Source: Actinomycetota bacterium
GTDB lineage: Bacteria > Actinomycetota > Acidimicrobiia > Acidimicrobiales > CADCSY01
Assembly: GCA_019347915.1 (NCBI GenBank)
Contig: JAHWKL010000003.1
Coordinates: forward strand, 1-53,833
DNA: 53,833 nt
Reading direction: 5' to 3'
Below are positions 45,665 through 53,775 of this stretch, in pieces. Positions within the stretch are counted from its first letter, which is position 1; every line of letters begins with the position of its first letter. A program made the translations under genes and the position numbers. The notes under the pieces were generated by a model. That model was not told the DNA's origin. It did no database searches and worked only from the letters and a program-made list of their open reading frames with translations.

Positions 45665-47020
45665 ATGGCGTACCGCACGACCCAGATTGACCGCTCGACC
45701 AAGCGACTGAGTCGTCGGACACTGCTTGGGCTCGTGGTTACGGCGCTGGCCTTACTCGGTGTCCTCCCCGCGGCGCCGGCGCACGCCGATCATCCTTCTC
45801 CGCTCAACGCCACGCAGATCAACAGCTTGGCCGGAAGTCGCACCGCGGTGGAAGCAAATCTCGCCGCCCAGATCGTCGTCCAGATCAACGGTGAGCGTGC
45901 GGCGCGTGGCTTGCCCCCCTTGACGGTCAACCAGTTCGGCGCCAACGTCGCCTTCTCCAACTCCTACCACAACCGGGCTTCAGGATGCGTGGGATCCGGA
46001 TGCCACATGTCTCAAGAGGAGTGGAACGCCGCCTATGGCAGCGGGCCGCCATCCATGCGCGCGGAAAATGTCACCGCTGGGCCCTTTTACTCGACAACTG
46101 GCGCTACCACCCGTGCCTTCATGAACTCAGACGGCCACCGCTGGAACATCCTTCGGAGAAGCCCTGACCTTGTCGGTGTCGGCGTGGCCTGCACCGCCGA
46201 TGGCGGGATGTGGGTCACCCACCAATTCTTGGTTTCTTCGGTCGCTCGGTACGGCATCGACGACGGCGCGGCTGCACCAGCCACAAATCCCATTGCCACC
46301 TCTGCGGGTGCTGGTTCGGGGTGCTGGGTCCCGCCGAGCGCCCCGACAGGAGTGAGCGCCACCGCCGGCAACGCCTCGGCGACGGTCAGCTGGGGCGCCC
46401 CTTCCCACAATGGTGGGTCGCCTGTGACCGGTTATGTCGTCACACCGTTCGTGGGAGCGACGCCAGGCACGCCCCGTACATTCGCCTCGACGGTCACGTC
46501 GCAGGCGATCGCCGGCCTCACCAACGGCACCGCCTACACCTTCACGGTGGCGGCCATCAACGCCACCGGCACCGGTTCACCATCGATCGCTTCGAACGCC
46601 GTCACGCCCGGCACGGTGCCTGCTGCCCCACCCTACGCCCCGCTCTCGCCGGCCCGGCTGATGGACACGCGCCCCGGTCAGGCCACGGTGGACGGGGCCT
46701 TTGCCGGGGGCGGAAGCATTGCCGGCGGGTCCAGCACGAGCGTCACGGTGACGGGCCGAGGCGGCGTACCGGCAACCGGCGTGGGGGCGGTGGTGTTGAA
46801 CGTGACCGCCGTCGGCCCCACCGCACCCTCGCACCTCACCGTGTGGCCCACAGGGGCGGCTCGGCCCAACGCCTCCAACGTGAACTTCGTGGCGGGCCAG
46901 ACCGTGCCCAACCTCGTCGTCGCCAAGGTGGGGGCCAACGGCCAGGTGAGCGTGTACAACAACGCCGGATCGACCGACCTGGTCGTCGACGTGGCCGGCT
47001 GGTTCGCCACAAGCGGGTAG
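45665..47020 (+). CDS. secreted CAP/SCP domain - fibronectin type III - LxDTR...VWP domain protein
   Basis: AGAGAGGA SD before ATG 45665. Signal ...PAAPAHA. CAP pattern (QINGERAARGLPPL, SDGHRWNIL, VGVGVAC). FN3 (PTGVSATAGNASATVSWGAPSHNGGSPVTGYVV...AYTFTVAAINATG). Confidence 0.75.
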   Translation: MAYRTTQIDRSTKRLSRRTLLGLVVTALALLGVLPAAPAHADHPSPLNATQINSLAGSRTAVEANLAAQIVVQINGERAARGLPPLTVNQFGANVAFSNSYHNRASGCVGSGCHMSQEEWNAAYGSGPPSMRAENVTAGPFYSTTGATTRAFMNSDGHRWNILRRSPDLVGVGVACTADGGMWVTHQFLVSSVARYGIDDGAAAPATNPIATSAGAGSGCWVPPSAPTGVSATAGNASATVSWGAPSHNGGSPVTGYVVTPFVGATPGTPRTFASTVTSQAIAGLTNGTAYTFTVAAINATGTGSPSIASNAVTPGTVPAAPPYAPLSPARLMDTRPGQATVDGAFAGGGSIAGGSSTSVTVTGRGGVPATGVGAVVLNVTAVGPTAPSHLTVWPTGAARPNASNVNFVAGQTVPNLVVAKVGANGQVSVYNNAGSTDLVVDVAGWFATSG

Positions 47021-47034
47021 GGCCCGAAAGGGCC
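47021..47034 (+). terminator. short GGCCC-GAAA-GGGCC hairpin directly after the stop codon
   Basis: 5-bp GC stem with a GAAA tetraloop immediately 3' of TAG 47018-47020, followed by an A/T-richer stretch (aatacccttta). Confidence 0.35.
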
Positions 47035-47140
47035 AATACCCTTTACGTACGCGCCGACATCAACGCCACGCCGGGAGCACCGCCACGCGCGCCGTGTCTA
47101 TGCAGGTGACACGGTTGGCGTCGGCTGATAGCCACTCGAC

Positions 47141-48040
47141 ATGCTGAGAACCTGCCGTCACCCTCGATTGGTGCCGATCCTGGCTGTTGCGCTGCTCGTC
47201 AGCTGCGGCGATGACGGCGGAGAGGGCGGGGCGCCTGACGGCACCACGACCACGACAGCAGCTTCGGCACCTTGAGTCACTGGCCGGGAAGCCGCCCGAC
47301 TGCTGAGCGAGGCGATCCAGCAGACCCGATCGATCCAGAGCATGCGCTTCTCGCTCCAGCTCGCCTTCGACGCTGGCTCCCTCCTTGGTTCTGAGGCCGC
47401 CGCGATCACCGGGGCGGTGGTGCTCGACGGCAGCGCCCTCGACCTCAGCGCCACGATCGGGGGCCAAGCTGACGCCCTCCGGCTGCTGATCCTCGAGGAC
47501 CGCGCATGGGTCGGTGGCGAGAGCGACGACGTGCGCGACGCGCTGCCAACGGGAGCCAGGTGGGTCGAGCTCGCCGCCAGGGACCTGATGGCGTCCCCCA
47601 CCTACAGCGACCCGAGCGACCTCGACTTCCTTTACCTCCTGAACGGTGCCACCAACATCGAAGCCGAAGGCGACGGTCGCTACCGCTTCGGAGTCGACCT
47701 CGACCGAGCGATCGCACAGGCACCCGCCGACCGCCGGGACGAGGTCGCCGAAACCGTGACGTTCGACGGCGATGCCGAACCGGAGATCACCGGTGAGGTC
47801 GCCCTCGACGAGGAGGGGCGGGTGCGACAGATGAGCATCCTCGGCGTCCAGCGTCCGACGACTGAGGAGCGAAAGGCCTTCGACCTGGAAGATGACGACG
47901 AATTGCGAGTCGAGCTGCACTTCACCGCCGATGACATCGACGAGGAGGTGGACGTCGAGGCGCCGGACGCCGCCGAGGTCGTCGACATCGCCGACGCGCC
48001 AGAGATCGCCGCCCTCCTGGAGCTCGAGGGCGCCCGCTGA
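47141..48040 (+). pseudogene. lipoprotein gene interrupted by an in-frame TGA (47273-47275)
   Basis: ATG 47141 encodes MLRTCRHPRLVPILAVALLVSCGDDGGEGGAPDGTTTTTAASAP, a signal peptide with LVSCG lipobox, then TGA. The same frame continues VTGREAARLLSEAIQQTRSIQS into track ORF 47342..48040. Confidence 0.55.
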
Positions 48041-48163
48041 CCAGCGCGACGCTCAGTGACCCAGCCATCGGTCCGACGATCAGCGGCATCCAGCTGCTGG
48101 TCGGTGCCCTTCGCCGCCACAGCGCTGACCACGCCTCCCGGGACATCCGGGGGCTTGATCGCG

Positions 48164-48601
48164 TCAGGCGCAGCGAGCGCAGACGCCGATCAGGTCGATG
48201 CGGTGGTGCTGGGCGTCGAAACCGGTGTCCTTGGCGACCTCGACGAGAGCCTCGGTCACGGTCCGCTCGAAGCCGCTGGAGGCGGTGAAGTCGTCGATGC
48301 TTCCGCACGACGAGCAGATGAGGTGATGGTGGTGCTCGGTGAGATCCTCGGCCAGCTCGAACCGGGCGTAGTCGTCGGTGCTGATGACCCGCCGGACCAC
48401 ACCGGCCTGCTCGAGCACGACGAGGTTCCGGTACACCGAGCTCTGGGCCAGCGAGGCGCCCCGCGTCAGGATGTCGGGGATGGCGAGCGGCTGACCGGCG
48501 TCGGCCAGCAGCTCGACAAGGGCCCGGCGCTTGGCGGTGTAGCGCTGCTGGACAGCCCCGAGCCGAGCCGCAGTGGTCGCGTGTAGATCAGGGGTGGCCA
48601 C
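48164..48601 (-). CDS. zur: Fur family metalloregulator, probably Zur
   Basis: Winged HTH (SVYRNLVVLEQAGVV). HHHHLICSSCG and GVCARC give the two CxxC pairs. Last gene of the znu operon. Confidence 0.75.
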   Translation of the reverse strand: MATPDLHATTAARLGAVQQRYTAKRRALVELLADAGQPLAIPDILTRGASLAQSSVYRNLVVLEQAGVVRRVISTDDYARFELAEDLTEHHHHLICSSCGSIDDFTASSGFERTVTEALVEVAKDTGFDAQHHRIDLIGVCARCA

Positions 48602-48696
48602 CGGGCAACTCTACCACTCGGATGAGAATCTCTGAGAACCCGTGGATACGGCGGGTTCCTCGACGGCATCTCCGTGGTCCCCGCGCTGTCTGCCGA

Positions 48697-49521
48697 TCAT
48701 CGGGGGGAGATCGACGGTCGCCACCGGCGATTCAGACCCCGCCAGGCGCTGGCCAAGAGATAGCACGCAAGGGCGACCAGCACGATGGCCGACGCCGGGG
48801 CGTAGTCGCGGTAGTACGACGCCAGCAGGCCCACGAGCGCGCTGACGGCGCCAATGCCGGAAGCAACCAGCAAGGTGGTGCGGTAACTGGAGGACAACTG
48901 GGCGGCGGCAGCGACGGGCACGACCATCATGGCCGAGATCAGCAGCAGCCCGATGGACGACATCCCACCGACCACCACCAGCGCCACCATCAACGTCAGG
49001 GCCAGGACGATGCGATCGGTGGGGACGCCCGCCACTCGAGCGGCCTGCTCGTCGAAGGCAAGCGCCACCAGGCGCGGGTACAACGCCGCGGTGACGACCA
49101 CCACCACCGCCGCCAGCGCCACGATGACCCGGATCTGTCCCCAGCTGAGGTTCAGCGGGCTGCCGAACAGCAACCCCACCAGGCGGCTCTGGCCGGCGTT
49201 GGCTCGCGACGAGAACAGGTAACCCACGGCGATGCCCCCGTAGAAGATCAGGGCGAGGGCCAGGTCGCCGGCCAATCCGGCCCGCCCCATCCGCACCAGC
49301 AGCAGGCCCGCCAGCACCGTGAAGGCCAGGGCCCCGGCCACCGGGTCGGCACCGATGAGGAAGGCCACGCCCACCCCGGCGAAGGCCACGTGGCCCATGC
49401 CGTCACCCACCAGCGACTGGCCTCGCTGCACGATGAAGCTGCCCACCAGAGGCGCAACTGCGGCGATGACGACGCAGCCCACCAACGCCCGTTGCATGAA
49501 TCCGAGCTCCAACGGGTTCAC
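48697..49521 (-). CDS. znuB: metal (zinc-type) ABC transporter permease, ABC-3 family
   Basis: FMQRALVG...VGSFIVQRGQSLVGDGMGHVAFAGV and about 8 TM segments. Confidence 0.8.
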   Translation of the reverse strand: MNPLELGFMQRALVGCVVIAAVAPLVGSFIVQRGQSLVGDGMGHVAFAGVGVAFLIGADPVAGALAFTVLAGLLLVRMGRAGLAGDLALALIFYGGIAVGYLFSSRANAGQSRLVGLLFGSPLNLSWGQIRVIVALAAVVVVVTAALYPRLVALAFDEQAARVAGVPTDRIVLALTLMVALVVVGGMSSIGLLLISAMMVVPVAAAAQLSSSYRTTLLVASGIGAVSALVGLLASYYRDYAPASAIVLVALACYLLASAWRGLNRRWRPSISPR

Positions 49522-49526
49522 GGCGC

Positions 49527-50252
49527 TCAGGTGACCTCCGCCAGGACGTCTCGGTCCTGCCCTGCGGTATGGACCCGTCCCCCGTCCACCTCCACCACCC
49601 GGTGCGCCAGACCGGCAAAGGCCTCGGGATCGTGGCTGACGTAGACGACGGCCATGCCTTCGACGTTCACCAGGTGCTCGAGGGAATCCCGGAGCACCCC
49701 GCGGGCGTCAGCATCCACCCCCGCCGTGGGCTCGTCCATGATCAACAGCCGGGGGGCGGTGACCAGCGCCCGGGCGATCAGCGCCCGCTGCTGCTGGCCC
49801 CCCGACAGCTCCGAGATCCGCGAGCGGCGGTGAGGGGTCAGGCCGAGAAGGTCCACCACGTGTTCGAGTCGCTCGCGTTGCGCGGGACTTCTCCGGCGGA
49901 ACAGCCGGGTACTAGCGGCCAGCCCGCTCTGCACCACCTCCTCCACGCTCACGGGCAGGGCGGACATGGCCGTCGCCCGCTGGGGCACGTAACCCACCTT
50001 GCCCCAATCGCCGAAGGTGCCGATCTCGGTTGCGAACAACCGGATGCGGCCGCCCGACGCCCGGAGCAGGCCCAGCGCCAGCTTCATGAGCGTGGTCTTG
50101 CCCGAGCCGTTGGCTCCCACCACGGCTACGAACTCACCCTCGTGCAGGCACAGCGATACCTGGCGGAGGATCGGTGTTCGCCCGTAGGCGAAGCTGACAT
50201 CGTCGAGCTCGAGCACCGGGAGTGACGTCCGCGGTGCCACCTCGCTCAGCAT
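49527..50252 (-). CDS. znuC: metal ABC transporter ATP-binding protein
   Basis: Walker A GANGSGKTT, signature LSGGQQQR, Walker B LLIMDEP. Confidence 0.85.
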   Translation of the reverse strand: MLSEVAPRTSLPVLELDDVSFAYGRTPILRQVSLCLHEGEFVAVVGANGSGKTTLMKLALGLLRASGGRIRLFATEIGTFGDWGKVGYVPQRATAMSALPVSVEEVVQSGLAASTRLFRRRSPAQRERLEHVVDLLGLTPHRRSRISELSGGQQQRALIARALVTAPRLLIMDEPTAGVDADARGVLRDSLEHLVNVEGMAVVYVSHDPEAFAGLAHRVVEVDGGRVHTAGQDRDVLAEVT

Positions 50253-51172
50253 CCGAGCGCTCGGGCGAACTGCGTCGCCTGCTCGCGGACCAGGCTCGGG
50301 AAGCCGGCCTCCGCCTGATCGGCGGTCACCGCATCGAGGGGTGAGACCTCGAGAAGCTCCACGCCGGCCTCCCGCGCGAGGGTCTCGGCATCCTGCCGTC
50401 CCTCCACCGGTTCGGCGAGGACGTACTCGAACCCCTCCCGCTCGATCTCCTCCACCAGCCGGGCCAGCTGCCCGCTCGACGCACCGGCTTCCGGGTTGGT
50501 GCCGGTAAGACCATGCTGGGAGTAGCCGTAGGGCTCGAGCAGGTACCCGTAGGCCTGGTGGCTGACGATGGCCTCGTCGTGACGGCAGTCGCCACCCAGG
50601 ATCTCGTCGAGCTCTCCTCGCAAACCGGTCAGCTCCTCGCCCAGCGTCGCCGCCTTCTGCTGATAGGTCTCGGCGTTCTCGGGGTCGGCGGCGGCGAAGA
50701 CCTCACCGGTGCGGATGGCGACGTCGGCCATCACCTCGGGATCGAACCAGATGTGGGCGTCGACGACTGCCTCGCCCTCGCCGCGCTCTACGTCCTCTTC
50801 GTGGGCGTGGGGGTCGTCGCCCGACTCGAGCAGCCGCTCCCCACCGGCCACGTCGCTGAGGGAGACGACCTCCCCTTCCGCGGATCCGACCGCTGATTCC
50901 ACCTGGGGCTGGTAGCCGATCCGCCCCACGTAGAGCACCACGTCGGAGGTCTGGATGGCCTGCCGCTGGCCCGGCGGGAGCTCCAGGTCGTGAGCCTCGA
51001 GACCGCCGGCGGGCAACAGCGACACCTCGACGTCGGGTGCCACCTGCTCTGCCACCCACGCCAACGGGTACACGGCCGCTACGGCCGAGACCTCGGTGGT
51101 GGCCCCGTCCCCATCGCCGCAGGCAGAGGCCACCAGCCCCAGGGCCACGGGAATGGCAGACAGCGGACGCAT
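50246..51172 (-). CDS. znuA: metal ABC transporter substrate-binding lipoprotein (cluster A-I, ZnuA-like)
   Basis: Lipobox LVASACG. His/acidic loop GDDPHAHEEDVERGEGEAVVDAHIWFDP. SHQAYGYL. Confidence 0.8.
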   Translation of the reverse strand: MRPLSAIPVALGLVASACGDGDGATTEVSAVAAVYPLAWVAEQVAPDVEVSLLPAGGLEAHDLELPPGQRQAIQTSDVVLYVGRIGYQPQVESAVGSAEGEVVSLSDVAGGERLLESGDDPHAHEEDVERGEGEAVVDAHIWFDPEVMADVAIRTGEVFAAADPENAETYQQKAATLGEELTGLRGELDEILGGDCRHDEAIVSHQAYGYLLEPYGYSQHGLTGTNPEAGASSGQLARLVEEIEREGFEYVLAEPVEGRQDAETLAREAGVELLEVSPLDAVTADQAEAGFPSLVREQATQFARALGC

Positions 51173-51207
51173 CGTCTCTCTTCTCTCCTCGCTGGGAACG
51201 CGTTTCT

Positions 51208-51226
51208 ACGAATGATAATCAGTCGT
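51208..51226. promoter_or_regulatory. Fur/Zur-box-like 19-bp palindrome
   Basis: ACGAATGATAATCAGTCGT has 8 of 9 arm base pairs complementary around a central A. It lies 36 nt upstream of the znuA start, in an AT-rich gap. Confidence 0.5.
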
Positions 51227-51227
51227 G

Positions 51228-51256
51228 TTCTCAGATGCCACAACGCGAACTGAGAA
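51228..51256. promoter_or_regulatory. 7-bp inverted repeat TTCTCAG-N15-CTGAGAA, candidate operator
   Basis: Seen in the divergent znuA / SmtB-type gene control region. An ATTGCAAT palindrome follows at 51267-51274. Confidence 0.3.
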
Positions 51257-51280
51257 GGATGCTCATATTGCAATGTCTGC

Positions 51281-51604
51281 ATGAGTGCCCGTAGCATGAC
51301 CGTGGTGAGACCGAGGGACACTGCGATGGGTCCGGCGACGGAGTTGTTGAAGGCGCTGGCCAACCCCTTGCGGCTGGCCATGGTCGTCGAGCTCAGCGAC
51401 GGCTCACGCTGCGTGCACGAGTTGGTGGAGGCCCTCGACGTCTCCCAGCCGCTGGTCTCCCAGCATCTGCGGGTGCTGCGCCAGGCCCGCCTCGTCGCCA
51501 CCGAGCGGCGGGGGCGGGAGATCGTCTACTCGCTCACCGACGAGCACGTGGCCCACATCGTGGGTGACGCCATCAACCATGCCGAGGAGGCACAGACCAC
51601 ATGA
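51281..51604 (+). CDS. ArsR/SmtB family metal-sensing repressor with alpha5-type site
   Basis: LLKALANPLRLAMVVEL...LVSQHLRVLRQARLV winged HTH. The C-terminal DEHVAHIVGDAINHAEE fits D-x-H-x10-H-x2-E. An alternative ATG lies at 51296. Confidence 0.8.
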   Translation: MSARSMTVVRPRDTAMGPATELLKALANPLRLAMVVELSDGSRCVHELVEALDVSQPLVSQHLRVLRQARLVATERRGREIVYSLTDEHVAHIVGDAINHAEEAQTT

Positions 51605-51897
51605 GCACCGAGCACAAGGTCCACGACGCCCACACCCATGTCCACGACCCCGACTGCGGGCACGCCAGCGTCGCCCACGACGACCACACCGACTACCTCC
51701 ACGACGGCCACGTCCACCGTGTCCACGAGGACCACTGGGACGAGTGCCCCACCGATGTCCACCTGGCCCACGACGACCACGGTCACGACCACGGCGAGGG
51801 CTGTGGCCACGAGACGGTGCCCCACGGCGACCACACCGACTACGTGCACGACGGCCACCGCCACGCCGCCCATGACGGTCACTGGGACGAGCACTGA
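51601..51897 (+). CDS. histidine-rich tandem-repeat protein, 98 aa (27 His), putative metal-binding
   Basis: ATG 51601 overlaps the repressor TGA (ATGA). Two 31-aa repeats: CGHASVAHDDHTDYLHDGHVHRVHEDHWDEC and CGHETVPHGDHTDYVHDGHRHAAHDGHWDEH. Confidence 0.7.
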   Translation: MSTEHKVHDAHTHVHDPDCGHASVAHDDHTDYLHDGHVHRVHEDHWDECPTDVHLAHDDHGHDHGEGCGHETVPHGDHTDYVHDGHRHAAHDGHWDEH

Positions 51898-52072
51898 TCC
51901 ACTGACATCTGAGAGCGACACACGGGCCTGATCTGGCCGCCGCCGCGGTGGGGCGTGAACTGTGCCGAGCCTCCGGGGTTGTGCTGGGCGTTCGGCGGGA
52001 CGTGGGACCGTCACCCCTCGTCAGGCGGCAGGGCCCCGACTCGCTGGCTCGACCCCTGCCGAGACGTCGTGG

Positions 52073-52459
52073 TCACTCCCCCGAAGGGCAGTACGTCATG
52101 AACGCCTCCAGCAAGACGTAGTCGAAATGCGATGGCGTCTTGTCCTTTCCGTTCTTGAGCGTTCCACCAGCGAGCAGGCCGGGACCCATGAACAGCGTCG
52201 TGCCCGATTGCTCTGCCTCCACCAGGATCGGCTCGATCGCACCGGTGATTCCTGGGCAATCGGGCTCGATGTACGGAAGGAACTCTCTCCACTCATCGGC
52301 CGTGAGCCACGCCTCAGAGGCGCCGGCGTGTGCCGCTGCAGTGGGATTGAAGTCGACCTTCCTGCAGAAGTGGGCGAACGCCGGGCCGGCACTTGTCATG
52401 ACCAGTGCTCCCGTCATGGCCGCTCCCACTGCCATTCGCCTCAACCGCCGATTCGCCAT
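52073..52459 (-). CDS. small secreted Cys-containing protein, unknown function
   Basis: ATG 52459 follows GAGGAGA. Signal peptide MANRRLRRMAVGAAMTGALVMTSAGPAFA-HF. Three Cys in the mature part. Local GC is clearly lower than the surroundings. Confidence 0.5.
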   Translation of the reverse strand: MANRRLRRMAVGAAMTGALVMTSAGPAFAHFCRKVDFNPTAAAHAGASEAWLTADEWREFLPYIEPDCPGITGAIEPILVEAEQSGTTLFMGPGLLAGGTLKNGKDKTPSHFDYVLLEAFMTYCPSGE

Positions 52460-52639
52460 ATCGAACTCTCCTCTCGAGCGTGCGCACCGGTGTGGCGCCG
52501 CCAGTTGTGTTGCGCCACCTTGCAGGGCCGGATGTCCCGCCGCATAGGGGGTGTTTGTCCCGTTTTTCTCGGGACAGCTGTCCCGATTCGAAGAGAATGG
52601 CTCGGCAGACAGCCAGTGGTCGGCGGGCCCACCACAGAC

Positions 52640-52910
52640 TTCTCCGATCAGGTGCTGAATCTGTTCGTTCAGCGCCGGGACTTCGTCAGCGACGACAGCC
52701 CACACGACTTCTGGTTTCACGTTGAAGTAGGAGTGCACCAGCAGGTTCCGCATTGTCGGCGATCCTCGGCCACGGCCCCGGATACCCAGAAGGCAGTGGC
52801 GCCGTTGCGCCGGGCGGCCTCCATGATCCCCCCCTGGCGTGGCACGCAGATCGTCGAGCGTCGGGGCACGCTTCAGGTCCTGTCCGGGCGCTCCGCTGGC
52901 ACCCGAGCCC
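52640..52910 (-). pseudogene. decayed HepT (DUF86/HEPN) toxin remnant
   Basis: MRNLLVHSYFNVKPEVVWAVVADEVPALNEQI carries the Rx4HxY HEPN motif. Upstream pieces lie in two other frames: YPGPWPRIAD, which needs removal of one A near 52754, and IMEAARR. The N-terminus is missing and no MNT partner is seen. Confidence 0.5.
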
Positions 52911-52916
52911 GGTCGA

Positions 52917-53318
52917 CTATCGCCCCGGCGTCAGTGCCGTCAGGCCAAAGGCCTCAGCTGCGTCGGCCATCCGCTCGTCGTAGGTGACCACTCCGGCGAG
53001 GTCCTCGCCGGCCGCGGCCGCCGCCGCCAGGTGGATGGCGTCGAGGGTACGGATGGCGACGGGTTCGATCCGCCCCGCGGCGAGGAGGAGATCTCGATCG
53101 ATGACCAACTGCTCCAGTGCGTCAAGATGCGCAAGGGCAACGTCGAGGTCGCCATCGACGCGGCGAACGGCCCGGAGAACCTCAGCGACGGCCAGCTCGC
53201 AGGTCATGAGCACATCTTCGGCGCTGACGTCGCGTCGCCATGCTTGAAGCGCGGCAGTCTCCTGCTCTTCGACGGCGAACTTCACGATGGCTGAGGAGTC
53301 GAGGTACCAGACGCTCAT
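52917..53318 (-). CDS. vapC: PIN-domain toxin VapC
   Basis: YLDSSAIVKF (first acidic residue), CELAVAEV, TLDAIHLAAA, VVTYDERM. Confidence 0.8.
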   Translation of the reverse strand: MSVWYLDSSAIVKFAVEEQETAALQAWRRDVSAEDVLMTCELAVAEVLRAVRRVDGDLDVALAHLDALEQLVIDRDLLLAAGRIEPVAIRTLDAIHLAAAAAAGEDLAGVVTYDERMADAAEAFGLTALTPGR

Positions 53319-53578
53319 CGCTCGTTGGCACGTAGCTCGGCGAGCGCATCCGAAGCCGGCCGGCGGGTCTTCGACGGCGCTGGTAGGTCCCCGGTCACGC
53401 TGCCGGGCTTGAGGCGACCGGTCTCACGGAGCCGGGCGATGGTTCCGCCCGAAGGGGGCGGGCCGATGACCGCCACCAACTGCCCACGCTTGGTGACCTC
53501 GATGCGTTCGCCGGCCTGGGCCCGGCGGATCCACTCGCTGGCGTTCTGCCGCAGCTCACGGATCCCGATGCGCTCCAT
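53315..53578 (-). CDS. vapB: Phd/YefM-type antitoxin (VapB partner)
   Basis: IGIRELRQNASEWIRRAQAGERIEVTKRGQLVAVIGP. A 4-nt ATGA overlap with vapC. Confidence 0.75.
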   Translation of the reverse strand: MERIGIRELRQNASEWIRRAQAGERIEVTKRGQLVAVIGPPPSGGTIARLRETGRLKPGSVTGDLPAPSKTRRPASDALAELRANER

Positions 53579-53775
53579 GTGTACTCACAGTAGCACTTCG
53601 ACCGGTAGTGATCGCGGAGTCCCCCCGGGCTCAGCCCGAGTCCCGACTGGGGCCTCCAGATCGGCCCTCGATGCCGAACGCCCTCGCAACCCAGAGGACC
53701 GCCCACAGTTCCCAGAATCTTGAGTCAGTTCGCGGAGGCGAAGCTGGCGGTCGTTGGTGCCAGCGGGCAGCGCGG

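Noticed and set aside
47273-47275. Selenocysteine (UGA-Sec) explanation for the in-frame TGA
   Set aside because: The stop lies in a Thr/Ala-rich lipoprotein linker, not a redox motif. I could not see a convincing SECIS-type stem-loop in the 40 nt downstream, and no sel genes are in the window. Pseudogene, error or readthrough are the live options.
53582-53592. TACTCACAGTA palindrome just upstream of vapB as an antitoxin operator
   Set aside because: It is very short (4-bp arms) and only 4 nt from the start codon. That is not distinguishable from chance without comparative data.
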